The position numbers and the translations under genes are program-made. The notes below the pieces were generated by a model. That model was given only the letters and a program-made list of their open reading frames with translations. It was not told the origin of the DNA and searched no databases. Positions 45,222 through 56,843 of a stretch of 64,000 nt of DNA are shown here, one piece after another; the stretch's first letter is position 1; each line of letters begins with the position of its first letter. Origin of the DNA: Eledone cirrhosa (lineage: Eukaryota); assembly GCA_964016885.1 (NCBI GenBank), contig OZ024740.1, positions 144,336,001 to 144,400,000 of the forward strand, given 5' to 3'.

Positions 45222-46192
45222 CTAGCATTAAAGCCCGGCATTGCTCGGGGTCAGTAAGTTACCAAAGTTAGGTTGCACCACCCATTTTATGGCAGCACTT
45301 TTTTGTCTGCCAGGCACTGGGTGAATGAATTGCAGACCTGGACTGCCGAAGCTGTGCCAACAGTGACAATTGTAGTTTCGCCTATGGATATTATCTCTGT
45401 GCAAAGAAGTGTTGAAATTTATTGTTTCACAGTACTTGCGCATCACACGCGTAGACGATGCCAGCCGAACAACAGAGCTGCGATGGAGTTGTTCTGCATG
45501 GTTGTCCAATGTGTGTTTTCTAAATTTAAGACAGTAGGGAGGGGTGTGATATGGGGGAGAGTTAACTGCTGTTTCTAGCAGGTTTAGTGACCTCATAGAG
45601 GATATATTTTCTAAATTTAAGACAGTAGGGAGTGGTGTGATATGGGGGAGAGTTAACTGCTGTTTCTAGCAGGTTTAGTGACCACAGAGGATATTATTGT
45701 GTATAGTAAATGAACTAATACTTCTTCCACGTTCGTTGATAGATGTTTTAAAAAAGATTTATCGCTATTTTTTTTTGTTGTTGAATAAATTTAACTGTTG
45801 CTTTTGAATAATTGCTGTTTCGTATGAAATGTAATAAGTTCTTTGTCATTGAAGTAAATAAATGTTTGACTGTCATTGAAGTAAATAAATGTTTGACTGT
45901 CATTGAAGTAAATAAATGTTTGACAAACATTCTCTCTCCCTCTCACTCTCTCTCTCAAAGTTTAAGGGGAGTAGAGAGAGGAATCTGATTGTATTAGAGG
46001 GGTAACGCGTCATGTATTTAGTTTTATCGATTACTTCCGTAATTGTGGGTGAGTGTGAATGAAATAAATAGTCGTTGACCTAAGTTAGACCATTTACAAC
46101 ATTCTTACAGACTGAGTCGAATCAGTTTGAAATTGTGCAAATGTATAAACATGGAACATGCACACAGACAACAACAATCTGCCTTTTATAGA
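45222..46192 (-). mobile_element. Non-autonomous Helitron with internal minisatellites
   Basis: Minus strand: 5' A|TCTATAAAAGG, 3' hairpin CCCGAGCAATGCCGGG plus CTAG|T; two ~91-bp units and three 27-bp units inside. Confidence 0.85.
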
Positions 46193-46195
46193 TAA

Positions 46196-47321
46196 CTAGC
46201 ATTAAAGCCCGGCATTGCTCGGGGTCATTAAGTTACCAAAGTTAGGTTGCACCACCCATTTTATGGCAGCACTTTTTTGTCTGCCAGGCACTGGGTGAAT
46301 GAATTGCAGACCTGGAAGCAGGAGCTGCGCCAGCAGTGACAATTGTAGTTTCGCCTATGGATATTATCTCTGTGCAAAAAAGTGTTGAAATTTATTGTTT
46401 CACAGTACTTGCGCAACACGCGCGTAGACGATGCCAGCCGAACAACAGAGCTGCGATGGAGTTCTGCATGGTTGTCTGTGTTTTCTAAATTTAAGACAGT
46501 AGGGAGGGTTGTGATATGAGGGAGAGTTAGCTGTTGTTTCTAGCAGGTTTAGTGACCTCATAGAGGATATGTGTTTTCTAAATTTAAGACAGTAGGGAGT
46601 GGTGTGATATGGGGGAGAGTTAGCTGCTGTTTCTAGCAGGTTTAGTAACCTCAGAGGATATGTGTTTTCTAAATGTAAGACAGTAGGGAGTGGTGTGATA
46701 TGGGGGAGAGTTAGCTGCTGTTTCTAGCAGGTTTAGTGACCTCATAGAAGATATGTTTTCTAAATTTAAGACATTAGGGAGGGGTGTGGTATGGGGGAGA
46801 GTTAGCTGCTGTTTCTAGCAGGTTTAGTGACCTCATAAAGGATATTATTGTTTATCATTATCTATAAAAGGCAGATTGTTGTTGTTGAAGTGAGTGTGTG
46901 TTTGTATGCGTTTGGAAAAGAGGTTTTAAAGATTTATCGCTTGTTGTTGAATAAATGTATCTGTATAAAAGAGAAAGTAGCAAAATGTGTGGGTTGTAGT
47001 TAGAGGTAAGCAGATGATATGAGAGAGTAAAACGGACAGTATCACCATCAAGCTTGGAAAGAGAAAGTAGCAGAAAGTATGAAGTTGTATAGATTTTGAA
47101 TGATAGTGGAAAGAGTTTAGTAGTTTAAATGACAGAGAAAAATCGTAAAATATTGAGTTTTATCTATTTTTTGCGTAATTGTGGGTGAAATTGAAAAAAT
47201 TATCTGTGCCAAGACGCAATCGAAGCTATTTCGAATACTGAATTGTAAATTTCAATTGAAGAAATTCTATATCGTAGATTTCTATAAGAAAGGAACATGA
47301 CCACACACTGAGCTTTATAGA
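46196..47321 (-). mobile_element. Second tandem non-autonomous Helitron with the same 3' part and a different 5' part
   Basis: Same CTAG/hairpin end; four ~91-bp units at 46481-46850; 5' A|TCTATAAAGC at 47321. Confidence 0.8.
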
Positions 47322-48589
47322 TTATGATGATATATATGTGCCTTATTTTTCATCTTGAATACATTTAGGTACTCTTCACAAAATTCCTGCATGCTTTCAT
47401 AACTTTTTGACACCAGTACATGTGATCCTGCTTCTGGTTCTTTGATACAAAACCAATTATTTCAAAAGGTTCGATATATAAATCAAACTTCACATTAAAA
47501 TTTTACAAAGCTTTCTGTTGAATTGTTCCAAACACTACTTAATATAACAATTGAAAAAAAAAATTTCACTAAATCCTCCAAATTCTTGATTATTTTGAAG
47601 ATTAATTGAAACAGCGAATGTATTTCATTAGAAATATGACCATGAACAAGTTAATATATCTAGGTAACTTTATATTAAAAACATTACAATTAAAAAAATG
47701 ACTATATGAAGATTGCAGTAACAAATTGTGTTCCACACCTGAGTTTGGTTGTTTCAGGTGTATAATTAGATTATTTTATCTTGTGGCATATATTTTTGGA
47801 AGCTTCTAAAATTAGCATCTGCATACATGCAGATGTGCACAAGCATTCCATACAACTGACTTCAAATTAGTATTTAAAATTAAAAAAGGGTAGACATTTT
47901 GCTGAATCAGTCCTAGTAAATGCTTGGTCCATATTTTAACTTTAGTGGAGTGTCTGGACTCAAATACTGCAAGATCAAAGAGATCAGTACTATTTCTTTA
48001 TTCTGCTGCCATTGATTGTTTTAAAAACAATGTAAACAAATATATACTTCAACTATGAGAACAGTTAATGGTTAAATTGAAAACCACACTGCATGTGTGC
48101 TAAACATTGTTTTTATGAACTAATAAAGTAATTAGTGATTGATATACTGCTTCACTTCTCCAAAATCAATATAATTAATGTCTAATATAATGCTCATTTT
48201 CCACAATTATATGGGTTTGCCAGTTCTGCCAAACTGGCACTTCATTTTCTGAAGTGAACCTCTTCAAATACAATTTAAATCTTTACACTGAAAGCCATTG
48301 CCAGTTTCTTTCTAACTTCATTTCATTGATTAATTCTTTTAATTCTTTGTTTGTTATTTGTCTAACAAGTTAGAGAAAATCCTATTTTAACAATTATCTT
48401 ATTTGCTTATACCCATAAGAAATATTACTATTTCAAAATTATAACAATGTGATTATAATTGTGCAACAATTTTCAATATTTATATCTCAACAACCCTAGT
48501 TCTGAAAAATATGAAACTTATTAAAAACAATATTTATTAATCATCATAATTATTTTGTCCATAGAGCACAGCTGAAATATGGGGACCAG

Positions 48590-48950
48590 CTAAGAGTGTT
48601 GAGTTCATAAAATGAAATGAACCTCCACCAGTTTTGACGAGTGTTCCAGTTGTTTGATCAATGGAACAGCCTGCTCATGAATTTAACATCTAAGTAGCTG
48701 AGCATGCTACAGACACATGTACCCTTAATGTAAATCTCAGGGAGGCAATGTCACAAAGCTGGCCCTTTGAATTACAAGTACAATAATCCATCTTACAGGC
48801 CTCTAAACAGTTTCCACCTCCCCAATATCACTCACAAAGCATAGGTAAACCCAAGGCTATGGTAAATGACGCTTGCCCAAGATACCATATAGAGGGATCA
48901 AACCTCAAACTTAATGGTGAAGTAAAATTCTTTACCATTCAGCTATGCTG
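48590..48950 (-). mobile_element. Degenerate SINE(s)
   Basis: Reverse-complement similarity to 24540-24700 and to the CTTGGGCAAG core. Confidence 0.5.
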
Positions 48951-49199
48951 CATCCACATAATTGATCAACAGCTATGCTGCATCCACATAACTGATCAAC
49001 TAGCAGGTTTTAAGCAGTGAGTTCTATCTAGTAAAACTTGCAATGGTGTAAATATATTGTGGCTCCTTGGTTCATATTCAATCCAAGGCAATCTTGTAAC
49101 AAATATATTTTCCTTGCTTCTATCTAACAGGGTGGTTACATCGAAAATGTAGTGGTGTGAAGAGATTACATAATGTGGTAGCTTGGAAATAGTATGAGG

Positions 49200-49700
49200 A
49201 TGGAAAGTTTTAAAATGTTTTATTAACCTGGAGATATGTTGAATAAAGACTTTGCAATGGTATCTAGAGTCATGTGCGTGGAAAAAGTTCCAGGAAGTGA
49301 GTGTGCACTAATGGGGAGGCAAGTGTCACCAAAACAGAAAGGAAATATATATACTGCATGTGTGAAAAGTGTTAATTATAGGAGCGAAATACGGGTAATG
49401 AACATGAAGCAACAGAGAAGATTGGAAAAAATGGAAACAGAATAGTACGGTGGAGTTTTGTTGTGGGCGAGTAATACAAACCATGACTTGCAGAGGATGA
49501 TGAGAATAAAACCAGTGATGAACGTTGTGAAGAGAAATGGGACGAGGAAGCATAAAAATGATGGAAATGAATATAGAAGTAGATGAAGAGGAAGACCAAG
49601 TAAGTCCTAGCTAAATATGATGGAGTGAAATGCAGATGATCGAGAAAAAGATGCTTATCATGGGGCCCACAAGATTAATACCTGCTTTTAGCAGTGAAGA
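49200..49700 (+). mobile_element. Highly decayed RTE-like C-terminal remnant
   Basis: KGNIYTACVKSVNYRSE and GRPSKSW-like patches. Confidence 0.5.
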
Positions 49701-50689
49701 TGGTCTTAAAATTCTTGTTACCATTGTATCTAATTAGAAAGTAAGTGTAACATCAAGCTGTAGCAGACAAATATCTCATCAAAAATACACTTTATTTCTC
49801 AGATTTGTTTGCCATGTGGCTAACTTTGGGAAAGATCTATTTTCAAAATTAGGTAACATTGTTAGACAGTTGATACACATTAACATAATCAAAGGACAAG
49901 ATGAAGACATTAGTAGAACTAGTAGTATTTAAAAAAGATAATTATTTAAAATATCTCAAATGTACTTACTGTTTTAAATGTAATATAAAGGTAATCATAT
50001 CCATCAATCTTAACTTACCTATGGTTAAAGAGAAAAAAAGGAGTATTAGATAACATATTTAGCAATTAAATACAAACAACTTGAGTACACATCATTCAGT
50101 TTTACTTATAAACTAACTAATAAGTATGATGAAGAATGATACTAGCTGGGCAATTTACCATATACAGTGCAGTTTAAAATGATCTGGACAGCAATAAAAA
50201 AAAATATGTTGGGAATAGGAAGCCAGATAGCAAACTTCTACTACATAACTGAGTTAAATATTACATCTCTCCCAAATATATATTTAAGTACCCCCAGAAC
50301 TTTCATTTAACATATTTTTCTTGAAATTCTCACATGTACATCATAATTGAAATTGTATGAAAGAAATTCATCTCTCTTCAGAACTGAAAGTTACTTCAGT
50401 TCTTAATAATTGTTAGCATTTAATGTCAAGATCCAATTCCCATCTCAAATGGTCAAAGATCTGAAATAACTTTTACCAAAATATTAGACCATGAAAAAGT
50501 CATTTGTTTGATCAACAAACCAACTATCACAAAACCTATATAAGATTGACTGGCCTTGTTCTAAATTAATTTGTGAGACAGAAAATGCAGTGAGAAACTT
50601 TAAAGAATTTCGATTTTTATCTCTATTCTGCTTTGGTTTAGCTAAAAATGAAATGACCAGATTCCCAGCCTTCTATCAAGGAATACATC

Positions 50690-51560
50690 ATTGACCTCTT
50701 TTACTGTGCTGTGTAGTAATGTGCATATATCTTGACCTGTCAAGAATGAGCCACACCCCAAATATCTTGGTGTAACATTGGATTGCAGCCTGACCTACTG
50801 ACAGCATCTAAACCAAGATTAATATCACCTGCAAGTTAGCAGGAAACAGCTGGGGTTCTGATGCACGCATATTCCAAACTGTGTGCTTAGCACTTGCATA
50901 CTCAGTTGTAGAGTACTGTTCACTAGTCTGGGCAGGGAGCTGATATGCCGAGCAAGTTGACACCATCCTCAACCCAGCAATAAGAATAGTATCTGGCACA
51001 CTGAAATCTACACCTACTAAGTGGCAGCCTACCCTTTCTCATATAGCTCCTTCTCACATGCAGCATCAGGAGATGTTCTTGAAGCAGCACTTACCAAGTT
51101 CAAGACCAACCTTCCCATCCATGAAGACCTGGAAAACCTTCCCAACATGCACTAAAAATCATGCAAATCATTCTGGGAATCAATGAAAACCCTTCAGGAC
51201 AATACTGATGTAAAGGAAGAGTGGCGAAGATCATGGAATGAGTCCAAATTTGCCAACCAAGACCCCGTCCAGGACTTCACATCTAAACCAACTGGCTTTG
51301 ACATTCCTAGAAAGCAGTAGCCGTCTCTTAATTGAATCCACACAACGCATGCCATGACAGCCCATCATCTACATTAATGGAAAATGAAAGATAACCCAGC
51401 ATGTGACTGTGGGGACCCTGACCAGACAGTACTGTGTTGTTTGAGATTGCCCTCTTAGACGTTTTCCCAATGGCATGGAGGCAATCCATAATGTTGCAAA
51501 TGGTGCCTTGGTATGACTCACCGGTCTCGACCTGCCTCTAACTATAGTGCATATGTTATA
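50690..51560 (+). mobile_element. Degenerate Vingi/Ingi-like LINE 3' remnant
   Basis: HPKYLGVTLD, KLAGNSWGSDA, LALAYSVVEYC, RIVSGTLKSTPTKW and a terminal CDCG...QT...CP zinc knuckle. Confidence 0.7.
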
Positions 51561-52325
51561 TGACAAGAAGACTGAACTGTGTCGCCCTCCTCCCACAAAT
51601 AAAATACTATAAAATTCTACTTTCTAAACATTCATATTAGTTTTTACTACATCAACTTAGCACAGTGGCCAATCAATCCTTCATCCATAGAACTAGTTCT
51701 CTATGGAACGTTCAACAAACTAAACTGGACAGTAACTTTTAATAGTAACAAAATATTAACTATTTCTTTGAAACAAACCTACTCATTGTAAAGGATTATT
51801 ATTAAAATTAAAATCATCCTACCTAATTTTCTATAATGACTATATGTGAAGTTACTATCTTAGTAATGAAATAATTTTAATAAATCCTTCAAAATTCTTC
51901 ATTAAGTAATTGAAATATTGTGTATTCCATTAAAAATTTGGTATGTTCTAATTTGGTAGAGTGCATATACCATGTATTGCACAAGATCAGCACATCTAAT
52001 CATGCTCTAGCATCTGTTCGTACCCATAGTTTCACTATTTCATATACGTTTCCAAACCCTTAATTTACTTATGAGTTTGAAACAAGCAAATCTCACTATT
52101 GAAAATGTTAACAAAAAAAAAATGTACTAGATAGAAAAATTCCCAATGAATAGCAAGCATGTAAAAATGATACTATCAAAGATAAAATAGGCCTGTAAAC
52201 AAGCAACCAAATGAATCAAGTAACCATATTTCCAAACAAGGAGATACATTTCAATGGTTAAAATGGAATGTCTTTTGTCAATTTAGATGAAAGATTACAA
52301 TCAAAAGCACATTACTTTAAGGCAG

Positions 52326-53592
52326 ATCATCATCATCAACGTTTAACGTCCGTGTTCCACGCTTGCATGGGTTTGGACGGGGGTTTTCCCACTTGAGGCA
52401 AGAGTGATTGTCTTGCTCGCATAGGACTGTCTGGCAGGTTTTCTACAGTTGGATGCCCTTCCTAACACCAACCACATTTACAGTGTGGGTCTGGGAGGTT
52501 TTTACCGTGTTGCCTACACGGCCACATTACAGCGTGGACTGTGTTTTTTTGTCATGACACCTACAGGATCTCATTTGTTTCGGCCTGGATGGTGTGGCAC
52601 CAACATAACTTTACATAGAAGGGGGCGGTGTGGAGGGGGGGGGGGGGGGGGGGGGTATTTTGTTAGAGATGCCTACTGACTGTAGTAGGTTTTACTTTGT
52701 ATTTAGGTAAGGCAGGTCTTCTCTATTACTGAGTACCGCCAAAGGTCTCGGTCCAGTGACATTGTCTTGGTGAGGTGTAAGTGTGTGAGGTCGGAGTTTA
52801 TCAGCTCGTCCCAGGTTTTTCTGGGTCTGCCTATTCCGTGGCTACCGTCTATCTTTATTGCCATGCACTTTGTTATACATCTATCGTCCTTCATGCGCAT
52901 CACGTGACCATACCAACGTAGCCTTCTCTCGAGTAAACAACATCTGATCCCTCTTATTTCTAATTTTTTCCTTAGTTCGTTTATTCTTTGTCGTTCACGT
53001 ATATTACTATTACACATCCAGCGGAGCATGCAAGCTTTGTTTCTCTCTAGTCTGCGTATATCCTCTGCACACAATGCCCAGGTCTCACTGCCATGCAACA
53101 TTGCTGTTCGTATGCAGGCATCGTACAACCTGCCTTTCATTTTTAGGGAGAACCCTTTAGCGGCTAATAGTGGTATAAGCTCTCTGAACTTTTTCCACCC
53201 AGTTCTGACTCTAGCTACTGTACTTTCAGAGCACCCTCCCCCACTGCTGATTTTGTCACCCAGGTAACGGAAGCTGTCCACTATTTCTATAGAACCCTCT
53301 GCGCAGTTGAAAGAGCTAGTATTTTGTGGGCACTTGCTGCTACTTATTGCCCCAGAACACCGGCCACATGTAAAATCTATGTTCTTAGTTAGCTTACCTG
53401 TGATCCCACTACATCTTTTATGCACCCAAACTTTGCATTTCTACCTACACCTTTCCTACACTCTGCGCATGGCCACTTCCCGGAGGGGACCGCCGCCTTA
53501 TTTTCTTTCTTACAAACTAGAACTTTAGTCTTAGCCAGGTTAATTTTAAGGCCTTTTGATTCTAGGCCGTGCTTCCATGTTTGGAATTTCTT
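52326..53592 (-). mobile_element. 5'-truncated RTE LINE, subfamily A, with a small deletion in the PHD finger
   Basis: ORFs 52703-53425 and 53389-53613; (CAT)n tail; flanks GGCAGATCATCATC and GGAGATGACCATC resemble an imperfect target duplication. Confidence 0.95.
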
Positions 53593-53692
53593 GGAGATGA
53601 CCATCAAAACCAAGTAGGTCAGTGTTTACAGCAGTCCAAAGATAATGACCCCCAAAGAGAAACTAATAAAACATTTTCTGGATGTTCTAGAT

Positions 53693-54338
53693 CAAAGGTT
53701 CTCAATGGGGGGCATATGCACCCCCAGGGGGCGTTTGGGAGCAAGGTCGCGTTAGGGGGGCGTTTGGAGCTGCTAAGTTTTATAAGCCATATTTGTATGT
53801 CTGAGACAGCCAGTGTGAATGCATTTGAACGAGCTTGCAGACAGCATAACTATTGTCTGACAGCACCTGTGAGCAGGTGTGCAGGCATGTCCGGTAATTG
53901 ACACGTTAACCAGTAATTGAGATCCTAAAAATGGAAAAACCCAGTCAACTGGGTCAAAGATACTTTGAGCGCAGCCAGTTAGAATCTTATCTTTCCTTCA
54001 CCGATAATGTATTTCATGTCTGAAATTATTGACTCAACCGTAACGAGTTAACACTATGTAGATCTATTTTATTCCCTATTGTATAAATATTACAAATAAA
54101 AAAAATAATAAAAAAACAGAAGCGAGTAGCACACACATCTAGGACCACATACAACACATAATCAGATAATACACATATCTTTGGAATATTGTTAATCAAT
54201 TTTTTAGTAATCTACTGATATAAAAATCAGTAGTATATTGAAAAATGGAAAAATAGGGTTGCAGGGGGGGGGGGGGGGCGTTTCGTGATTTCGAGGGACA
54301 AAAGGGAGCGTTTGGCCTAAATGGGTTGAGAACCTGTG
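53693..54338. mobile_element. Non-autonomous hAT (Charlie-like) element
   Basis: TIRs CAAAGGTTCTCAA / TTGAGAACCTGTG; perfect 8-bp TSD TTCTAGAT at 53685-53692 and 54339-54346. Confidence 0.9.
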
Positions 54339-54804
54339 TTCTAGATGGTTCAACAGGTTTAGAAAATCTGAAATCCATAATGTTAGAGTCATAAATAAAG
54401 GAAAGTGCAAGTGGAGACAGTGCAGCAGTCAGATATCCCACCAAATTGTAAAGGAAATTGAAGGTGGTGGAGCTGACCAAGATAGAACAGGTGAAGTGAA
54501 GACATAAACAAAAGAATTCTCAATCAAAGAACTCATTGCTATTTTTAGAATTTTTGAAGATGTAAAGCAGACAATAATGGATGCAAATCTGTATGTAGAA
54601 CGAGCAATGTAAAACAGAAGCTAAGTTGAAAATGCACTCAGCTGCTATAAAATCATGTGCAAAGAGTAGACAGTAAAAAGAAATGAAAACAAGTGATTTT
54701 ACATTGTAAAAGGGATGTTTAGTTTTATGTGCATATACTGACACAAACAAATAAACTTATAAAATATGAAACTACATCCAACTCATTTATTTCCTTCTAT
54801 ATTT

Positions 54805-54862
54805 ACCGTCTAACCCATGCTAGAGTGGAAAATGGACGTTAAACGAAGATGATGATGATGAT
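54805..54862 (+). mobile_element. Isolated RTE/SINE 3' hairpin and (GAT)n tail
   Basis: CCGTCTAACCCATGCTAGAGTGGAAAATGGACG...GATGATGAT. Confidence 0.8.
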
Positions 54863-55435
54863 TTACATCAATTTTCATATGCTTTTTCTGCATAAAACAC
54901 TTCAGAAAATACAAATTTAGCATTTTTCAAAATATTGACAAAGATTTTATGTGGCTCAAAATATCCTAATGCTTGCAGTGTTCTTGTAGCACACACTGCC
55001 TGTAGTAATCAAGATATTCCTGCATATAATAATTATTTACTATAAAAAAACAAAGCTATTCATATATGAATCAATGAATCAGTGACTTTTGCTGTTCATT
55101 CTTTTGATGCTGTTGCTGTTATTACAGTTTAATATTCATAGATATAGCTGACATATGAAATTGCATCTTATAAGATATTTCTAGTTTGTTATAATAGGGG
55201 CTCCTCTATGAGGTTACCATCTTTCGAGTTACAAGAGGTAGGACCCGAGCTCAGAACATTCAAAGCCAGACCAGATTCCACAAGAGATCTCATTCAACGC
55301 TTTTAACAATTCTGGCAATCCGCCACCCTGGATTGGTATTTTATTGACCCAGAAAGGATTTGGTCTCAACTGGACTTGAACTCAGAGTATGAAAAGCCAG
55401 ATTAAATATCACTATGCATTTAATTCATCCATGGA

Positions 55436-55886
55436 TATACGAACTGCAATGTTACATGGTAGTGAGACCTGGGCGCTGTCTGTAGAAGACTTGCGTATAT
55501 TACTATTACACATCCGATGGATGTGTAATAGTAAAATACGTGAACGACAAAGCATAAATGAATTGAGAGAGAGACTAAGCATAAGAGAAATCAAATGCTG
55601 TGTGCAGGAGAGGAGGTTACGTTGGTATGGACATGTGATGCGTATGAAGGATGATAGCTGCATAAAAAGGTGCAGAGCACTAGAAGTCGATGGAAGCCGT
55701 GGAGTGGGGAGACCGAAGAAGATCTGGGATGAGGTGATAAAAGCCGACCTTACCCAATTGCACCTCTCAAGGGCGATGACACACAACCGCGACCTCTGGT
55801 GTCACGCAGTAATACAGAAGACCCGACTTCCCATGGGTACAAGCCAAAGCTGAAGCATATAGACAATGCCCCCACCCCTTCCCACT

Positions 55887-55920
<34 letters not shown>

Positions 55921-56150
55921 CCCAGCCCACACTGTAAAGTGCACGTGTGGGCACCATGGAAAAAAGCACCCAGCACTCACTGTAAATGAGGTTGGTGTTA
56001 AGAATGGCATCCAGCTGTAGAAATCAAGCCAGAATCAGTTCCCGTATGAGCAAGACAAAGTCAGCCGATTGGACACTGCCCACAACAGGACAACCCGTCT
56101 AACCCATGCTAGCATGGAAGAACAGACGTAAAACGGTGATGATGATGATG
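55436..56150 (+). mobile_element. 5'-truncated RTE LINE, subfamily B, with an internal fold-back
   Basis: ORF 55389-55853; palindrome at 55495-55541; (GAT)n tail. Confidence 0.92.
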
Positions 56151-56305
56151 GATTAAATGCTTTGTGGTGTGTTTTGGATGGAAAATATTTTACATAGCAT
56201 CTTAGAAATATTTTTGTAAGTAAATACATTTTAATGGAGACTGAAAATAGTCATACTTTGTGAGTTACACCTGACCTAATCAGTAAGGGACATATTTCAT
56301 TGACA

Positions 56306-56843
56306 TCACTAGAGTTGATTTGGATTCGTTCCAGCCACCCATCCATACAAATTTTTCGAAGGTATTTAGCTCTTATGACGCTATTATTATTAATATTATT
56401 GTTGCTGTATTATCGGTTAGTTTGTTAGCCTTGCTGTATTATTATATCGGCTATTTGCCATGCGGTATTTTATCGGTTAGTTTGTTAGCCTTGACGTCGA
56501 CCCCCCTCCTCTCTATCTCTCTCTCTATGATGGATACCCTATCTCTATCTCTAAGCCACCCATTACCTCCCGTTCTCCTTTCGCCCATTCCACCTCACTC
56601 ATCCTGAAGCTATTGAAGAGATAAGACACTATTCTATCGGCTAAAATGAATCACTAGAGTTGATTTGGATTCGTTCCAGCCACCCATCCATACAAATTTT
56701 TCGAAGGTATTTAGCTCTTATGACGCTATTATTATTAATATTATTGTTGCTGTATTATCGGTTAGTTTGTTAGCCTTGCTGTATTATTATATCGGCTATT
56801 GCCATGCGGTATTCTATCGGTTAGTTTGTTAGCCTTGACGTCG
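56306..56843 (+). repeat. ~195-bp near-perfect direct repeat (56306 and 56650), probably LINE 5' UTR
   Basis: ATCACTAGAGTTGATTTGG...AGCCTTGACGTCG x2, with internal TATCGGTTAGTTTGTTAGCCTTG subrepeats, just upstream of the LINE ORF. Confidence 0.85.

Noticed and set aside
46481-46850. CRISPR-like regular repeats
   Set aside because: Contiguous ~91-bp tandem units with no unique spacers, inside a Helitron in eukaryotic DNA with no cas genes.
29100-52300. Short 60-110 aa ORFs in AT-rich stretches as host exons
   Set aside because: No recognisable domains or consistent splice structure; several overlap decayed repeats. Small exons cannot be excluded by eye.
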